A stretch of 64,000 bases of DNA from an uncultured delta proteobacterium (GTDB lineage: Bacteria > Desulfobacterota > Desulfuromonadia > Geobacterales > DSM-12255), in assembly GCA_963787125.1 (NCBI GenBank), contig CAWBBV010000007.1, forward strand, positions 224,001-288,000, given 5' to 3'. The notes beneath the pieces are model-generated. The model was not told the origin of the DNA. It did not search any database and saw only the letters and a program-made list of their open reading frames with translations. The position numbers and the translations under genes were made by a program. This document shows positions 1 to 9,010 of the stretch, one piece after another; positions within the stretch are counted from its first letter, which is position 1; every line of letters starts with the position of its first letter.

Positions 1-1591
1 AGGCTCGGTGGCGAGCATATGTGTCCCTCAAAGTCACTTCTGGCGGCAATGCTGACTCGAAGCGCTTATCCCAATCATGGCCATAATTTTCGATGAAATA
101 ATGAGCCGCAAATTTCTTCGCATTCTCGTTGTATTCAGCGCGACTCACTACATTTTTAGTCTGCCCGTAGGTGGTGCCTCCGAGATGGTCATAGTGCACC
201 GTATCGCAATAGGCGACCATCCATTTGCCGGTACGGTACAATTTATAGCAGAGTTCATGAATGGAACCCCAAGAGTAGCGAAAATTCGGATTCAGAAACC
301 CTACACTTTTTAGGGCTTCACCGCGCATCATAAAAGATAGGTATTCACACACAGGTACTTTGCGAAAAGTTTGCCCTTTTTGTGGTTTTGAACCCGGATA
401 ATCTCTGCCCTTTTCAATGCTGGTTGGGCTAAGTATTCCTAATTCCGGATGATTATCCATCAGTTGTATCATTATATCCATGGCGTCAGGCTGGTCGTCA
501 TAAAGCAGATCGTTCATCATTACCCAATAATAGCGATAGTCGGCTGTCAAAGCTGCTTGACGAATCCCTACATTATGCCCATAGCATTTGCCCCGGAAAT
601 CCTTGTCTTCGTATTCAATTGTAGTAAAAGGGCTTCGCTCTTCAGGTTCGGAACCTATATCCACGACAAAGATATCGTAACTTAGGTTGTGGGTATTGTT
701 AAAGCTCCCAATTTGTTGACAAAGAGAGTCTGTCAAATCTCGCCTATTACGGTTAACCAGAACAATCGCAAGGTCTTTCTTTGGAGTTGAAGCGAATTCA
801 ATTGGACGAAGCAACCCGCTCGGTTCCCATATTTTTTTCTTAATATCATCCATTGCGGCTTCCTCTGCATCCGTATCATTTTGGTTGGCTACTCTTTTAT
901 AACCCATCCTCACAAGTTCGCTACCGAATGCCTCGTCACATAATGAGAGTTCATGGTAACTCATCTCGTGATAACACCGCTCAGTGGTTCCCTTGTTGAA
1001 GTTCCATGCAGTCTCTTTCAATGCTTCATGTTTTTCGTAAAGCGTACGAAGCTCTTCATCTGTAATCTTAAAGTTGAAAAAACGAGCCATCTTTTCCAGT
1101 ACTTGGATTTTATCATCCATAAAATCTTCGTAACGAATGAATAGTGCCTTCCCGAAAGCTTTCCAGGCGAAATAAGTCTCTATGCTACTGCGAGCGAAAG
1201 AGATTCCATCAGATATTGTTTGGAGCGTCGCAAAGGCTCCTGAAGGATCTAATCCGTTACGAGTTCTTTTTGCATGATCCAATACCGATAAAATAGTATC
1301 ACGAGGGTCGCGAAATGAAAAAGTAGCTCTTGCTTCACCTGCGTCAATCAGCGATTTGATAGCCTTAGTGGGGTGAGAGTGGATTTTTACAACGAAAGGT
1401 CCGTAATTATCACGAACCCTGCGAAGAGTGTCTGCTATGTTGTCATCTATTGTGTCGAGGTAACCTTTGTAGGAGTATTTATTTACTTCTTCAAGTCCGT
1501 TCCTAGGGCTAACACATCGTATCAAGTCTCGTTGATATTGAATAGTCAATGTAGTGCCTGATTTAGGCATTCCCGCATTAATTATTATCAT
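1..1591 (-). CDS. Sulfotransferase domain + GT2 glycosyltransferase fusion (partial, runs off window start)
   Basis: Not in the ORF track because it has no stop in the window. Manual translation from ATG at 1591 (RBS AAGAGGG) gives MIIINAGMPKSGTT (5'-PSB loop), FSFRDPRD (3'-PB) and IRYEDF, then GT2-like LAIVLVNRNR...IFVVDIGS...GHNVGI...WVMMND. The frame is open to position 1. Confidence 0.8.
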   Translation of the reverse strand, partial: MIIINAGMPKSGTTLTIQYQRDLIRCVSPRNGLEEVNKYSYKGYLDTIDDNIADTLRRVRDNYGPFVVKIHSHPTKAIKSLIDAGEARATFSFRDPRDTILSVLDHAKRTRNGLDPSGAFATLQTISDGISFARSSIETYFAWKAFGKALFIRYEDFMDDKIQVLEKMARFFNFKITDEELRTLYEKHEALKETAWNFNKGTTERCYHEMSYHELSLCDEAFGSELVRMGYKRVANQNDTDAEEAAMDDIKKKIWEPSGLLRPIEFASTPKKDLAIVLVNRNRRDLTDSLCQQIGSFNNTHNLSYDIFVVDIGSEPEERSPFTTIEYEDKDFRGKCYGHNVGIRQAALTADYRYYWVMMNDLLYDDQPDAMDIMIQLMDNHPELGILSPTSIEKGRDYPGSKPQKGQTFRKVPVCEYLSFMMRGEALKSVGFLNPNFRYSWGSIHELCYKLYRTGKWMVAYCDTVHYDHLGGTTYGQTKNVVSRAEYNENAKKFAAHYFIENYGHDWDKRFESALPPEVTLRDTYARHRA

Positions 1592-1630
1592 TGCTAGATC
1601 CCTCTTAGACCGTAAATAAAATAAATAAGG

Positions 1631-1996
1631 TCACGGCACATCCTCTTCGCGATGAACCACTTTATTGCCAACACCCATGTCCTTTAGTTGCCGGGCAATT
1701 TCTTCTACGAGAATGTAACTTCGGTGCCGTCCAGAATTGCACCCAAAAGCAAAAACCTGAGTTTGGTCAAGAGGCGCCAACATTTTGATGAGAGGTACAA
1801 CATACTTTAGGAATTCGATCACCGGGGGCTGCTCAAGAACAAATGCGCGCATTTCTGAATCGGGCCTTGAAAAGAAGCTCCACTTGGGATCACGAGCAGG
1901 ATTCTTAATAAAACCAACATCAAAATAGTAATTCGCATTTGGTATACCGTATTTGAATCCGAAAGACATCAGTTTTACATTCTGCTTTCTCGTCAT
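1631..1996 (-). CDS. Stand-alone RapZ C-terminal-domain protein
   Basis: KLMSFGFKYGIP...DVGFIKNP...FGCNSGRHRS...VVHRE match RapZ/YvcJ C-terminal motifs; no N-terminal P-loop domain. Start could be 2014. Confidence 0.75.
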   Translation of the reverse strand: MTRKQNVKLMSFGFKYGIPNANYYFDVGFIKNPARDPKWSFFSRPDSEMRAFVLEQPPVIEFLKYVVPLIKMLAPLDQTQVFAFGCNSGRHRSYILVEEIARQLKDMGVGNKVVHREEDVP

Positions 1997-2038
1997 TAGA
2001 CATCCTTTGTCCATTGGATTAAAGAATCACTTGGTAAT

Positions 2039-2740
2039 CTATTTTAATTTTACTGCTCTGATTAGGATGTTGTATGGATAAACATCATCTTTAGTATTAA
2101 GATCACTCTCAGAAAAATCTTCTGCAACCATTCCCATCAAGCTACCGGTACTAACCATGCAATTTCCACCATAGCTTATCTGTTCTAGGTAAAATCCAGC
2201 ATCTTCAAGAATGAGACGACATCCATCAAGTGTAAATCTGCGATAGTCGCTTGGGCACCCATGCACATTATTGATGAATGGAGCTGTAAACAAAAGAATC
2301 CCATTGTCTTTTAACATGAAAAATAAAGATTTTGCAGCGCTCTCGGGGTATTTTAAATGCTCAAACACTTGGGTACATACAATACAATCGAATTTTTTGT
2401 TTGGTAGTTCATTCATATTATGTATGTCAGCAATATATGTAATCCCCGGCTCATTCGATACAGATATTGTTTCATAAGATTCAAATCCATTGAAAAATTT
2501 CTTGTATCTTGCAGAGGCACCAAACTCAAGAATATCTCCATGTATATTATTACCATTCGATTTTACAAACTGTTCAACATAGTATCTGCCAACAGGAGTA
2601 CCTCTTTCTACGCCAAAATTGCGACTGAGTGGCAGTATATTTAATTTGTGTAGATGTCTATGTAATGCACAATAAATCTTAAGAAAGATAATGTTTATCA
2701 TTGGAGTAAACTCACTATTTACAGTTTTATTGTATACCAA
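2039..2740 (-). CDS. Class I SAM-dependent methyltransferase
   Basis: ILEFGA, FDCIVCTQVFEHL, LKDNGILLFTAPF, DYRRFT motifs. Confidence 0.8.
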   Translation of the reverse strand: MVYNKTVNSEFTPMINIIFLKIYCALHRHLHKLNILPLSRNFGVERGTPVGRYYVEQFVKSNGNNIHGDILEFGASARYKKFFNGFESYETISVSNEPGITYIADIHNMNELPNKKFDCIVCTQVFEHLKYPESAAKSLFFMLKDNGILLFTAPFINNVHGCPSDYRRFTLDGCRLILEDAGFYLEQISYGGNCMVSTGSLMGMVAEDFSESDLNTKDDVYPYNILIRAVKLK

Positions 2741-2751
2741 TTTATATAGTA

Positions 2752-4089
2752 TCAGGGAGTCAGATAGATATTCTTAACAGTGACCTTCGGCTCCAAGTTT
2801 ACAATCGAACGCTTTAAAGCATTACTTTCCCCAACGACAACAAAATGAATATGATCTGGCAGTTCGTCAAAATCCTCTTCTTTGTTGGCCGCCCTAAATG
2901 TTAGAAAATAGTCTCCAGGTGCAAGCCACATCCTCAAGTAAACTCTCCCCTCAACCACACTCCCTCTTTTTTGTGGATTTATAGCAACTTTTTGAATATC
3001 ACTATTAGTTGAAAATAGAAACAAACCCATTGCATTAGTTATTGGATATCCAACATGGAGTTTATCTATGTCGACATAAGTGAGTATTTTAGTGAAAAAG
3101 GTGTAATGTTTACCTGATTCTAGGATGGTAGTTCTGTTCCCGTCATTATCAGTTATCCCACAATCAATGATCTCTGCTTTTTTCTGACCATCCCAGGTTG
3201 TTAATTTAGCTTCAACCTGCTTTTTCAGCTTTTCATTGTTATGGATTACTCCAACTTGATTCTTGCTTGTTTCTGAAAGACATTCGGATGTGTCTGATAA
3301 TTCGTCGTCAAAAGAATTCATTGTTCTATCTTTTACCATCACATGATCTAGCATTAGTCTTTGATAAACTCTTGTGACGTTTTTAGGTATCCCATGTTCT
3401 ATAACTTTACCGCCACTCAATAGATAAGCATAATCGCACAGAATATTTACTGAATCCAACCCATGTGAAACAAACAGTATAGTTTTGTTGCTTTCATGAA
3501 ATGATTCAAGCTTTGCGTAACACTTTCGTTGGAATCTTATATCTCCAACAGCAAGAGCTTCGTCAACAATGAGAATATCCGCATCAACGTTTATTGCAAC
3601 GGCAAATGCAAGTCTTATGAACATGCCACTAGAATAAATCTTTACTGGTTGATAAATAAAGTCTCCGATATCAGCGAAAGAAAGTATATCGTCTAGTTTT
3701 TCGTCGATTTCTACTCTGGAATGCCCCATAAGTGTGCCATTAAAATAAACATTCTCAAGCCCGGTCAACTCGGGGTTAAACCCTGCACCAAGTTCTAATA
3801 GTGCCGAGACTTTACCGTTTACTATAACACTCCCGCTTGTAGGAGTCAGGATGCCGGTTATTGCTTTCAGTAGTGTAGATTTACCAGAACCGTTCATTCC
3901 AATGATACCAACGGTCTCTCCTCTCCTTATCTCAAAGCTAACATCATCAAGTGCATGGAAATCTCGATGATATTTTATCCCGAAAGGATTCAACGACTCC
4001 TTGAAACGGTCCAGAATTGAATCATAAAGTTTATAAGTTTTTGTGAGATTATTTATTTTAACTGCCACTTCCCCAGTCATTAACTGCAA
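2752..4089 (-). CDS. wzt: Polysaccharide ABC exporter ATP-binding subunit with Wzt C-terminal domain
   Basis: Walker A GMNGSGKST, YSSGMFIRLAF signature, ILIVDEAL Walker B, long C-terminal extension. Confidence 0.9.
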   Translation of the reverse strand: MQLMTGEVAVKINNLTKTYKLYDSILDRFKESLNPFGIKYHRDFHALDDVSFEIRRGETVGIIGMNGSGKSTLLKAITGILTPTSGSVIVNGKVSALLELGAGFNPELTGLENVYFNGTLMGHSRVEIDEKLDDILSFADIGDFIYQPVKIYSSGMFIRLAFAVAINVDADILIVDEALAVGDIRFQRKCYAKLESFHESNKTILFVSHGLDSVNILCDYAYLLSGGKVIEHGIPKNVTRVYQRLMLDHVMVKDRTMNSFDDELSDTSECLSETSKNQVGVIHNNEKLKKQVEAKLTTWDGQKKAEIIDCGITDNDGNRTTILESGKHYTFFTKILTYVDIDKLHVGYPITNAMGLFLFSTNSDIQKVAINPQKRGSVVEGRVYLRMWLAPGDYFLTFRAANKEEDFDELPDHIHFVVVGESNALKRSIVNLEPKVTVKNIYLTP

Positions 4090-4160
4090 CCCCCAGCATC
4101 AATTATATTGAAACTTACATTTCAAAGATGTTGACATCATAACGTTGTGAAAGCCTAAGT

Positions 4161-5204
4161 TCAACATTTTAACTTAATCAACCCGCCATATTCCTCTAAC
4201 TTCTTTGGTCTATTCATGTATCCTGCCCAGCCGTTGGCCAAACATGTTTTGCACATAGAAGAATTTAGTTGCTTGAATTTACTGATATCATCAGGGGTCA
4301 TAGATAGAAACTCAACGCTTTGTTTGTAAAAGTCGTAACAAGAACAGCAAAAAACAAGTGTAGCATCCGCATCAATAACAAGGAACTCAGACTGTTTGCA
4401 TGTTTGAGCATTTGCGTTCAGTTGGAGCGCTTGCAAAATAAATTCGGTAAAAACTGAATTATCTACAAAGCTTTTGATGGGCTCTTCTAAGCAGTTATTG
4501 CACCAATCGCGAATTGCTTCAATAGATCCAAGGTGCCCGTAATATGGTATTATCCCAATTCCGAGTTCATTGCAGAGGGTCTTAGCTGATTCGTATTGAA
4601 ACTCGTTGTGGCGATAACGGTGCCATCGAATCGCCACATTCAATGGCCTAATCTGGTTATGGGCTAACATTGCTAAACTCTTTAGATTTCTAATAACCAG
4701 GTTAAAATCACCTTTCCTATGGCTCAGGTTGTAAATGCCCTGCGTAATGCCGGAGATTGACACCTGAACGAAATCAAGACCCGATCTTGCAATTTCAGAC
4801 ATATCACAATCAACCGATAGTGAAGTAGAAATACCTATTTCCTCTAACCCAGACTCCCTTGCAATCTTCACAATCGCTGAAAACTGAGGATGCAATAAGG
4901 GTTCTCCCCAATTGCCCATTATCAGGGTTTTGATGTGAAATTCTTCGCGAATTTTTACAAAGCATTTACGCGCAGTTTCCAAATCTAATACAGTTGTTGG
5001 ATGCTGAGTAACTGTATTTCTTCCAACAGGACAAGGAATGCATTTTACCGGACATCCACTCACAGTTTCTAGGTAAGCAAACGTATATTGGTTAACTATT
5101 TCAATTGCATTATTATCGTTTTTTTCCCGTAAAGCACTCTTTGAAGATTTCCCGAATAATTTTTGCACTACATTAAATATTTTGCGAGTCTCATTTCGAA
5201 TCAT
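4161..5204 (-). CDS. Radical SAM protein with C-terminal twitch/SPASM-like cysteines
   Basis: CPVKCIPC (CxxxCxxC), NWGEPLLHP, C-terminal C...CCSC...CKTC. Confidence 0.8.
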   Translation of the reverse strand: MIRNETRKIFNVVQKLFGKSSKSALREKNDNNAIEIVNQYTFAYLETVSGCPVKCIPCPVGRNTVTQHPTTVLDLETARKCFVKIREEFHIKTLIMGNWGEPLLHPQFSAIVKIARESGLEEIGISTSLSVDCDMSEIARSGLDFVQVSISGITQGIYNLSHRKGDFNLVIRNLKSLAMLAHNQIRPLNVAIRWHRYRHNEFQYESAKTLCNELGIGIIPYYGHLGSIEAIRDWCNNCLEEPIKSFVDNSVFTEFILQALQLNANAQTCKQSEFLVIDADATLVFCCSCYDFYKQSVEFLSMTPDDISKFKQLNSSMCKTCLANGWAGYMNRPKKLEEYGGLIKLKC

Positions 5205-5244
5205 TTAAGCTCCATACTTAATATTGAATGCGTAATAAATAAGA

Positions 5245-5281
5245 AGAGGCGATTACATTCTTAGATGTAAACGCCTCCTTT
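5245..5281 (-). terminator. Hairpin, probable terminator after the secreted protein gene
   Basis: GAGGCG-ATTACA...TGTAA-A-CGCCTC inverted repeat with a T-rich tail on the minus strand. Confidence 0.55.
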
Positions 5282-5321
5282 GCAATTAGCATATGCTTGA
5301 ATTTACACTTTAAATTTATAC

Positions 5322-6062
5322 TTAGTAAGCTGTAAAGCTAGTCCTTTTCCATGAATTTGTTGCTGAACATACATACAAGAAGCCATTCGGAGCATCAAGA
5401 ATCAGGTCACCAACCGTACACGTTGCGTTATTTGCTGGGGCTGCAGGGTGATTTGAAAGACGTAGGCGACCATCACTCGCAATTCTCATGCGTTCAAGTT
5501 TTACATTCTGGTTAGCACCGGTCCAAAAATTGATATTCATTGGAGCATTACCTTGAGAATATGTTCCGGGATCAAGAGTAAAAATTAAGCTAGCACTAGC
5601 AGTATAACCGCCGCTATTTGCTATATCAATATTGCCGTCATATGCTAGTGCGTGGAATGCACCTATATTTGCGCCAGAGCCTGGAACGCCGGGAGCTGCT
5701 TCAGTTCCAGACGCTTTTTTAATATTAATAATTGCAGCAGCTCCACCAGCAGCATACTGACTGATTGTAAGACCACGGTCAAATGGTGCCGTTGGTTCTG
5801 AAATATGTAACGAAGTAAGTGGATTGGTGGTTCCAAATCCGAATTTTTTTGTTGCGGGCTTAAACATGAGGTTTGACGCAGACATTTGACCGTCCGCAGC
5901 AATTGTTAAACCTGGTGTCGTGACAACGCCTGTATCGCTGACCTTAAATACATCCGCTGTTCCACCTGCATTCTTCACAATCAACTTATCCGCACCCATC
6001 GCCGGAACCGCGAGAGCAACAACCGCTGCTGCTGCCAGCATTACTTTACAAATCTTCTTCAT
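5322..6062 (-). CDS. Secreted protein with tail-fibre/beta-rich-like motifs
   Basis: AGGAGG RBS, Sec signal peptide (MKKICKVMLAAAAVVALAVPAMG-A), FGFGTTNP..LHI, ERMRIASDG, C-terminal GDLILD..FLYVCSATNSWKR. Confidence 0.7.
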   Translation of the reverse strand: MKKICKVMLAAAAVVALAVPAMGADKLIVKNAGGTADVFKVSDTGVVTTPGLTIAADGQMSASNLMFKPATKKFGFGTTNPLTSLHISEPTAPFDRGLTISQYAAGGAAAIINIKKASGTEAAPGVPGSGANIGAFHALAYDGNIDIANSGGYTASASLIFTLDPGTYSQGNAPMNINFWTGANQNVKLERMRIASDGRLRLSNHPAAPANNATCTVGDLILDAPNGFLYVCSATNSWKRTSFTAY

Positions 6063-6159
6063 AACCATCCTCCTAGTTTTTGTTAAGAGTTATCGGGCTC
6101 TATTTAGTTTTAACGCCGTTATTTAACAACCATAGCCTTTATTTCACGTAATGCTTGAG

Positions 6160-6188
6160 ACTTTATCAGGAAATTATGCCCAATGCAA
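6160..6188 (-). promoter_or_regulatory. Sigma70-type promoter, copy 1 (upstream of the secreted protein gene)
   Basis: Minus strand TTGCAT-17 bp-TAAAGT with extended -10 TG; both boxes are conserved in the duplicate at 8867-8895. Confidence 0.6.
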
Positions 6189-6313
6189 ATAGCTATTTTT
6201 CAAAGGAAACGTTTAATAGGTCATGGGCTGACGAGAGTATCTTGCATTGTTAATGCCGAAGTGGAGGGGAGGGGGCAGAATCGTTTATGGATGAAACAAA
6301 GTCTTTCTCTTTA

Positions 6314-7063
6314 GCCACGGATGTCACGGATGTTCACGGATAAAACCTTTAGAATCTTCTTGGTTAAAACCTTATTGGTTAGCCTTACATCCGTGTTAAT
6401 CCGTGTAATCCGTGGCAAAGAATTTTTTCTGAAGACCTTTAGCCACGGATGTCACGGATGTTCACGGATAAAACCTTTAGAATCTTCTTGGTTAAAACCT
6501 TATTGGTTAGCCTTACATCCGTGTTAATCCGTGTAATCCGTGGCAAAGAATTTTTTCTGAAGACCTTTAGCCACGGATGTCACGGATGTTCACGGATAAA
6601 ACCTTTAGAATCTTCTTGGTTAAAACCTTATTGGTTGGCCTTACATCGGTGCTAATCCGTGTAATCCGTGGCAAATGCCTTTTTTCTGAAGACCTTTAGC
6701 CACGGATGTCACGGATGTTCACGGATAAAATCTTTAGAATCTTCTTGGTTAAAACCTTATTGGTTGGCCTTACATCGGTGCTAATCCGTGTAATCCGTGG
6801 CAAATGCCTTTTTTATCTGAAAACCTTTAGCCACGGATGTCACGGATGTTCACGGATAAAATCTTTAGAATCTTTTTGGTTAAAACCTTTATTGGTTAGC
6901 CTTACATCCGTGCTAATCCGTGTAATCCGTGGCAGAAAGCCTTAATTCTCTAAATCTTTAGCCACTGATGTCACGGATGTTCACGGATAAAGTCTTTAGA
7001 ATCTTCTTGGTTAAAACCTTCTGGGTTGGCCTTTCATCAGTGTAAATCCGTGTAATCCGTGGC
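6314..7063. repeat. Palindromic repeat array block 1 (6 units, about 128-131 bp period)
   Basis: Unit is GCCACGGATGTCACGGATGTTCACGGAT, an AT-rich loop, then ATCCGTGTTAATCCGTGTAATCCGTGGC. Left arms at about 6314, 6442, 6570, 6699, 6830, 6961. Confidence 0.95.
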
Positions 7064-7079
7064 AGAGAATTTTTTCTGC

Positions 7080-7457
7080 TTATAATACGAATCGTTTAAA
7101 TTCAGCACGTTCACTGCCGAAATTTACCAAGAGGCCAACCTGGATTCCAGTGGCTTTCAAGTAGTTTATCAACTGTGCCTGATGTACCGGCTTCAGGGAA
7201 TCCACTGCCTTCAACTCAACGATAACCTGATTCTCAACCAGAATATCTGGATAATAAAGCCCAACATCTTCACCCTTGTAGATGACATGCAGCTCCTTCT
7301 GCTCTTCCAACAGCGAGCCTCTCAGTTGAAGCTCCCTTACCAGTGCCTTCTGATAGACTGCTTCAAGAAAGCCCGGTCCGAGAATAGAATGAACCTCATA
7401 AATTGCTCCGATTATCCTGGAGGTAAGCTCTTCAGCGATCAAATTCGTGCAATTCAT
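7080..7457 (-). CDS. GxxExxY protein (PD-(D/E)XK nuclease-like)
   Basis: LGPGFLEAVY, PDILVENQVIVELKA, QLINYLKATG..GLLVNFG. Confidence 0.92.
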   Translation of the reverse strand: MNCTNLIAEELTSRIIGAIYEVHSILGPGFLEAVYQKALVRELQLRGSLLEEQKELHVIYKGEDVGLYYPDILVENQVIVELKAVDSLKPVHQAQLINYLKATGIQVGLLVNFGSERAEFKRFVL

Positions 7458-7484
7458 TGAATAAACCTCTTCTTAAAACCCTTA

Positions 7485-8037
7485 GCCACGGATGTCACGG
7501 ATTAACACGGATAAAGTCTTTAGAATCTTCTTGGTTAAAACCTTATTGGTTAGCCTTTCATCAGTGTAAATCCGTGTAATCCGTGGCAAAAAAGCCTTTG
7601 ACTAAAAATCCTTAGCCACGGATGTCACGGATTAACACGGATAAAACCTTTTGAAATCTTTTTTTGGTTAAACACTTTATATTCTGTTTTTCATCGGTGT
7701 AAATCCGTGTAATCCGTGGATAAAGGCCTTTGACTTAAAACCCTTGGCCACGGATGTCACGGATGAACACGGAAAGAACCTTTTGACATCTTTTTTTGGT
7801 TAAACACTTTAGATTCTGTTTTTCATCGGTGTAAATCCGTGTAATCCGTGGATAAAGGCCTTTGACTTAAAACCCTTGGCCACGGATGTCACGGATGAAC
7901 ACGGAAAGAACCTTTTGACATCTTTTTTTGGTTAAACACTTTAGATTCTGTTTTTCATCGGTGTAAATCCGTGTAATCCGTGGTTAAAAGCATTTGACTT
8001 AAAACACTTATCCACGTATGTCACGGATGCCCACGGT
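7485..8037. repeat. Palindromic repeat array block 2 (4 units plus a lone left arm abutting the HEPN stop)
   Basis: Left arms at about 7485, 7615, 7747, 7879; half unit TCCACGTATGTCACGGATGCCCACGG at about 8011. Confidence 0.93.
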
Positions 8038-8039
8038 GA

Positions 8040-8510
8040 TCACAAGATTGTTTCATCAGTTGTGAACTTTCCGGCATAAGTGTTGATTCGCTTCACACTA
8101 TCGAAAAGAAGTGGCGTCGTCCGCAGACTCTCGATATAAATGTTCGTGATATCTTCCTCTGACTCGGCGTATTCATGGGCAATTCTGTTTCGAAGCATGC
8201 GAATCTGAGCAAACTGTTGTGCTGATGAGATGAGCCCTTTTTTCTCGGCACGATTTATGGCATCACGGATGGTTTCAGGAGCTTCATCAAGATCCAGAAT
8301 ATCAATCAGCTTGATAGCCTGTTTAATAATAAGGTCGGACAACCTGGCATACTTGGAGGTCAATGATTCGAAGCGGTCTTGCTCCTCCCGATCATATTCA
8401 CCTTTGATTCCGATCGAGAGGCACTTTTCATATGAGTATTCCAGCGTTTCATCTGCTTTACGCAATCGGTCCAGCAGCTCTTTTAAATATGCGCTCTCTT
8501 CTTTTCCCAT
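8040..8510 (-). CDS. HEPN-domain RNase toxin (HepT-like)
   Basis: RNRIAHEY matches the RX4HXY motif; overlaps the upstream MNT gene. Confidence 0.82.
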   Translation of the reverse strand: MGKEESAYLKELLDRLRKADETLEYSYEKCLSIGIKGEYDREEQDRFESLTSKYARLSDLIIKQAIKLIDILDLDEAPETIRDAINRAEKKGLISSAQQFAQIRMLRNRIAHEYAESEEDITNIYIESLRTTPLLFDSVKRINTYAGKFTTDETIL

Positions 8511-8794
8511 AATTTAACCGTCCCCTTTGCCAGCACCATCCGGACAAAAGTATTTTTAAGTTCACTTCCGGTCAGAACAAAGTCAAGCTTCTGCTCGTCA
8601 ATATGTTGAAACAACTCCTCCTCTATAAGGAAAAGCATGTTTTTATCCACGACATCCGATTTAATAAGGATATCGATATCGCCCCCCCTTTTGGAGTCAT
8701 CGAGCCTTGATCCGAACAGGTGAATTTCGGCGTTTTCATCGAACATGAGGATTGCGTTTATTATAGCATGCCGCTCTTCTTCAGAAATCCTCAT
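8483..8794 (-). CDS. Minimal nucleotidyltransferase antitoxin (MntA-like)
   Basis: LFGSRLDDSKRGGDIDILI (GSx10DxD), 103 aa. Confidence 0.85.
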   Translation of the reverse strand: MRISEEERHAIINAILMFDENAEIHLFGSRLDDSKRGGDIDILIKSDVVDKNMLFLIEEELFQHIDEQKLDFVLTGSELKNTFVRMVLAKGTVKLWEKKRAHI

Positions 8795-8848
8795 TTAATT
8801 GCCCCTTGCTGTAAATACTTTTTGGGTTTAAAACCTTCTCGCATTGCC

Positions 8849-9010
8849 TTTCACGTAATGCTTAAAACTTTATCAGGAAAATTCACCCGATGCAAATAGC
8901 GATTTTATCAAAGGAAACGTTTAATAGGTCATGGGCTGACGAGAGTATCTGGCATTGTTAATGCCGAAGTGTGGGGGGATCGTTTATGGAAAAACAAGTC
9001 TTTCTTTTTA
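8849..9010 (-). repeat. Direct duplicate of 6142-6313, including sigma70 promoter copy 2 (8867-8895)
   Basis: Shared TTCACGTAATGCTT...CAAAGGAAACGTTTAATAGGTCATGGGCTGACGAGAGTATCT...TTGTTAATGCCGAAGTG. Confidence 0.9.

Noticed and set aside
77..1561. Small plus-strand ORFs at the window start
   Set aside because: They lie antisense to the long minus-strand sulfotransferase-GT2 frame.
6321..6945. Short ORFs (MSRMFTDK...) within the repeat array
   Set aside because: They are translations of the non-coding palindromic repeat, shift frame from unit to unit and have no RBS.
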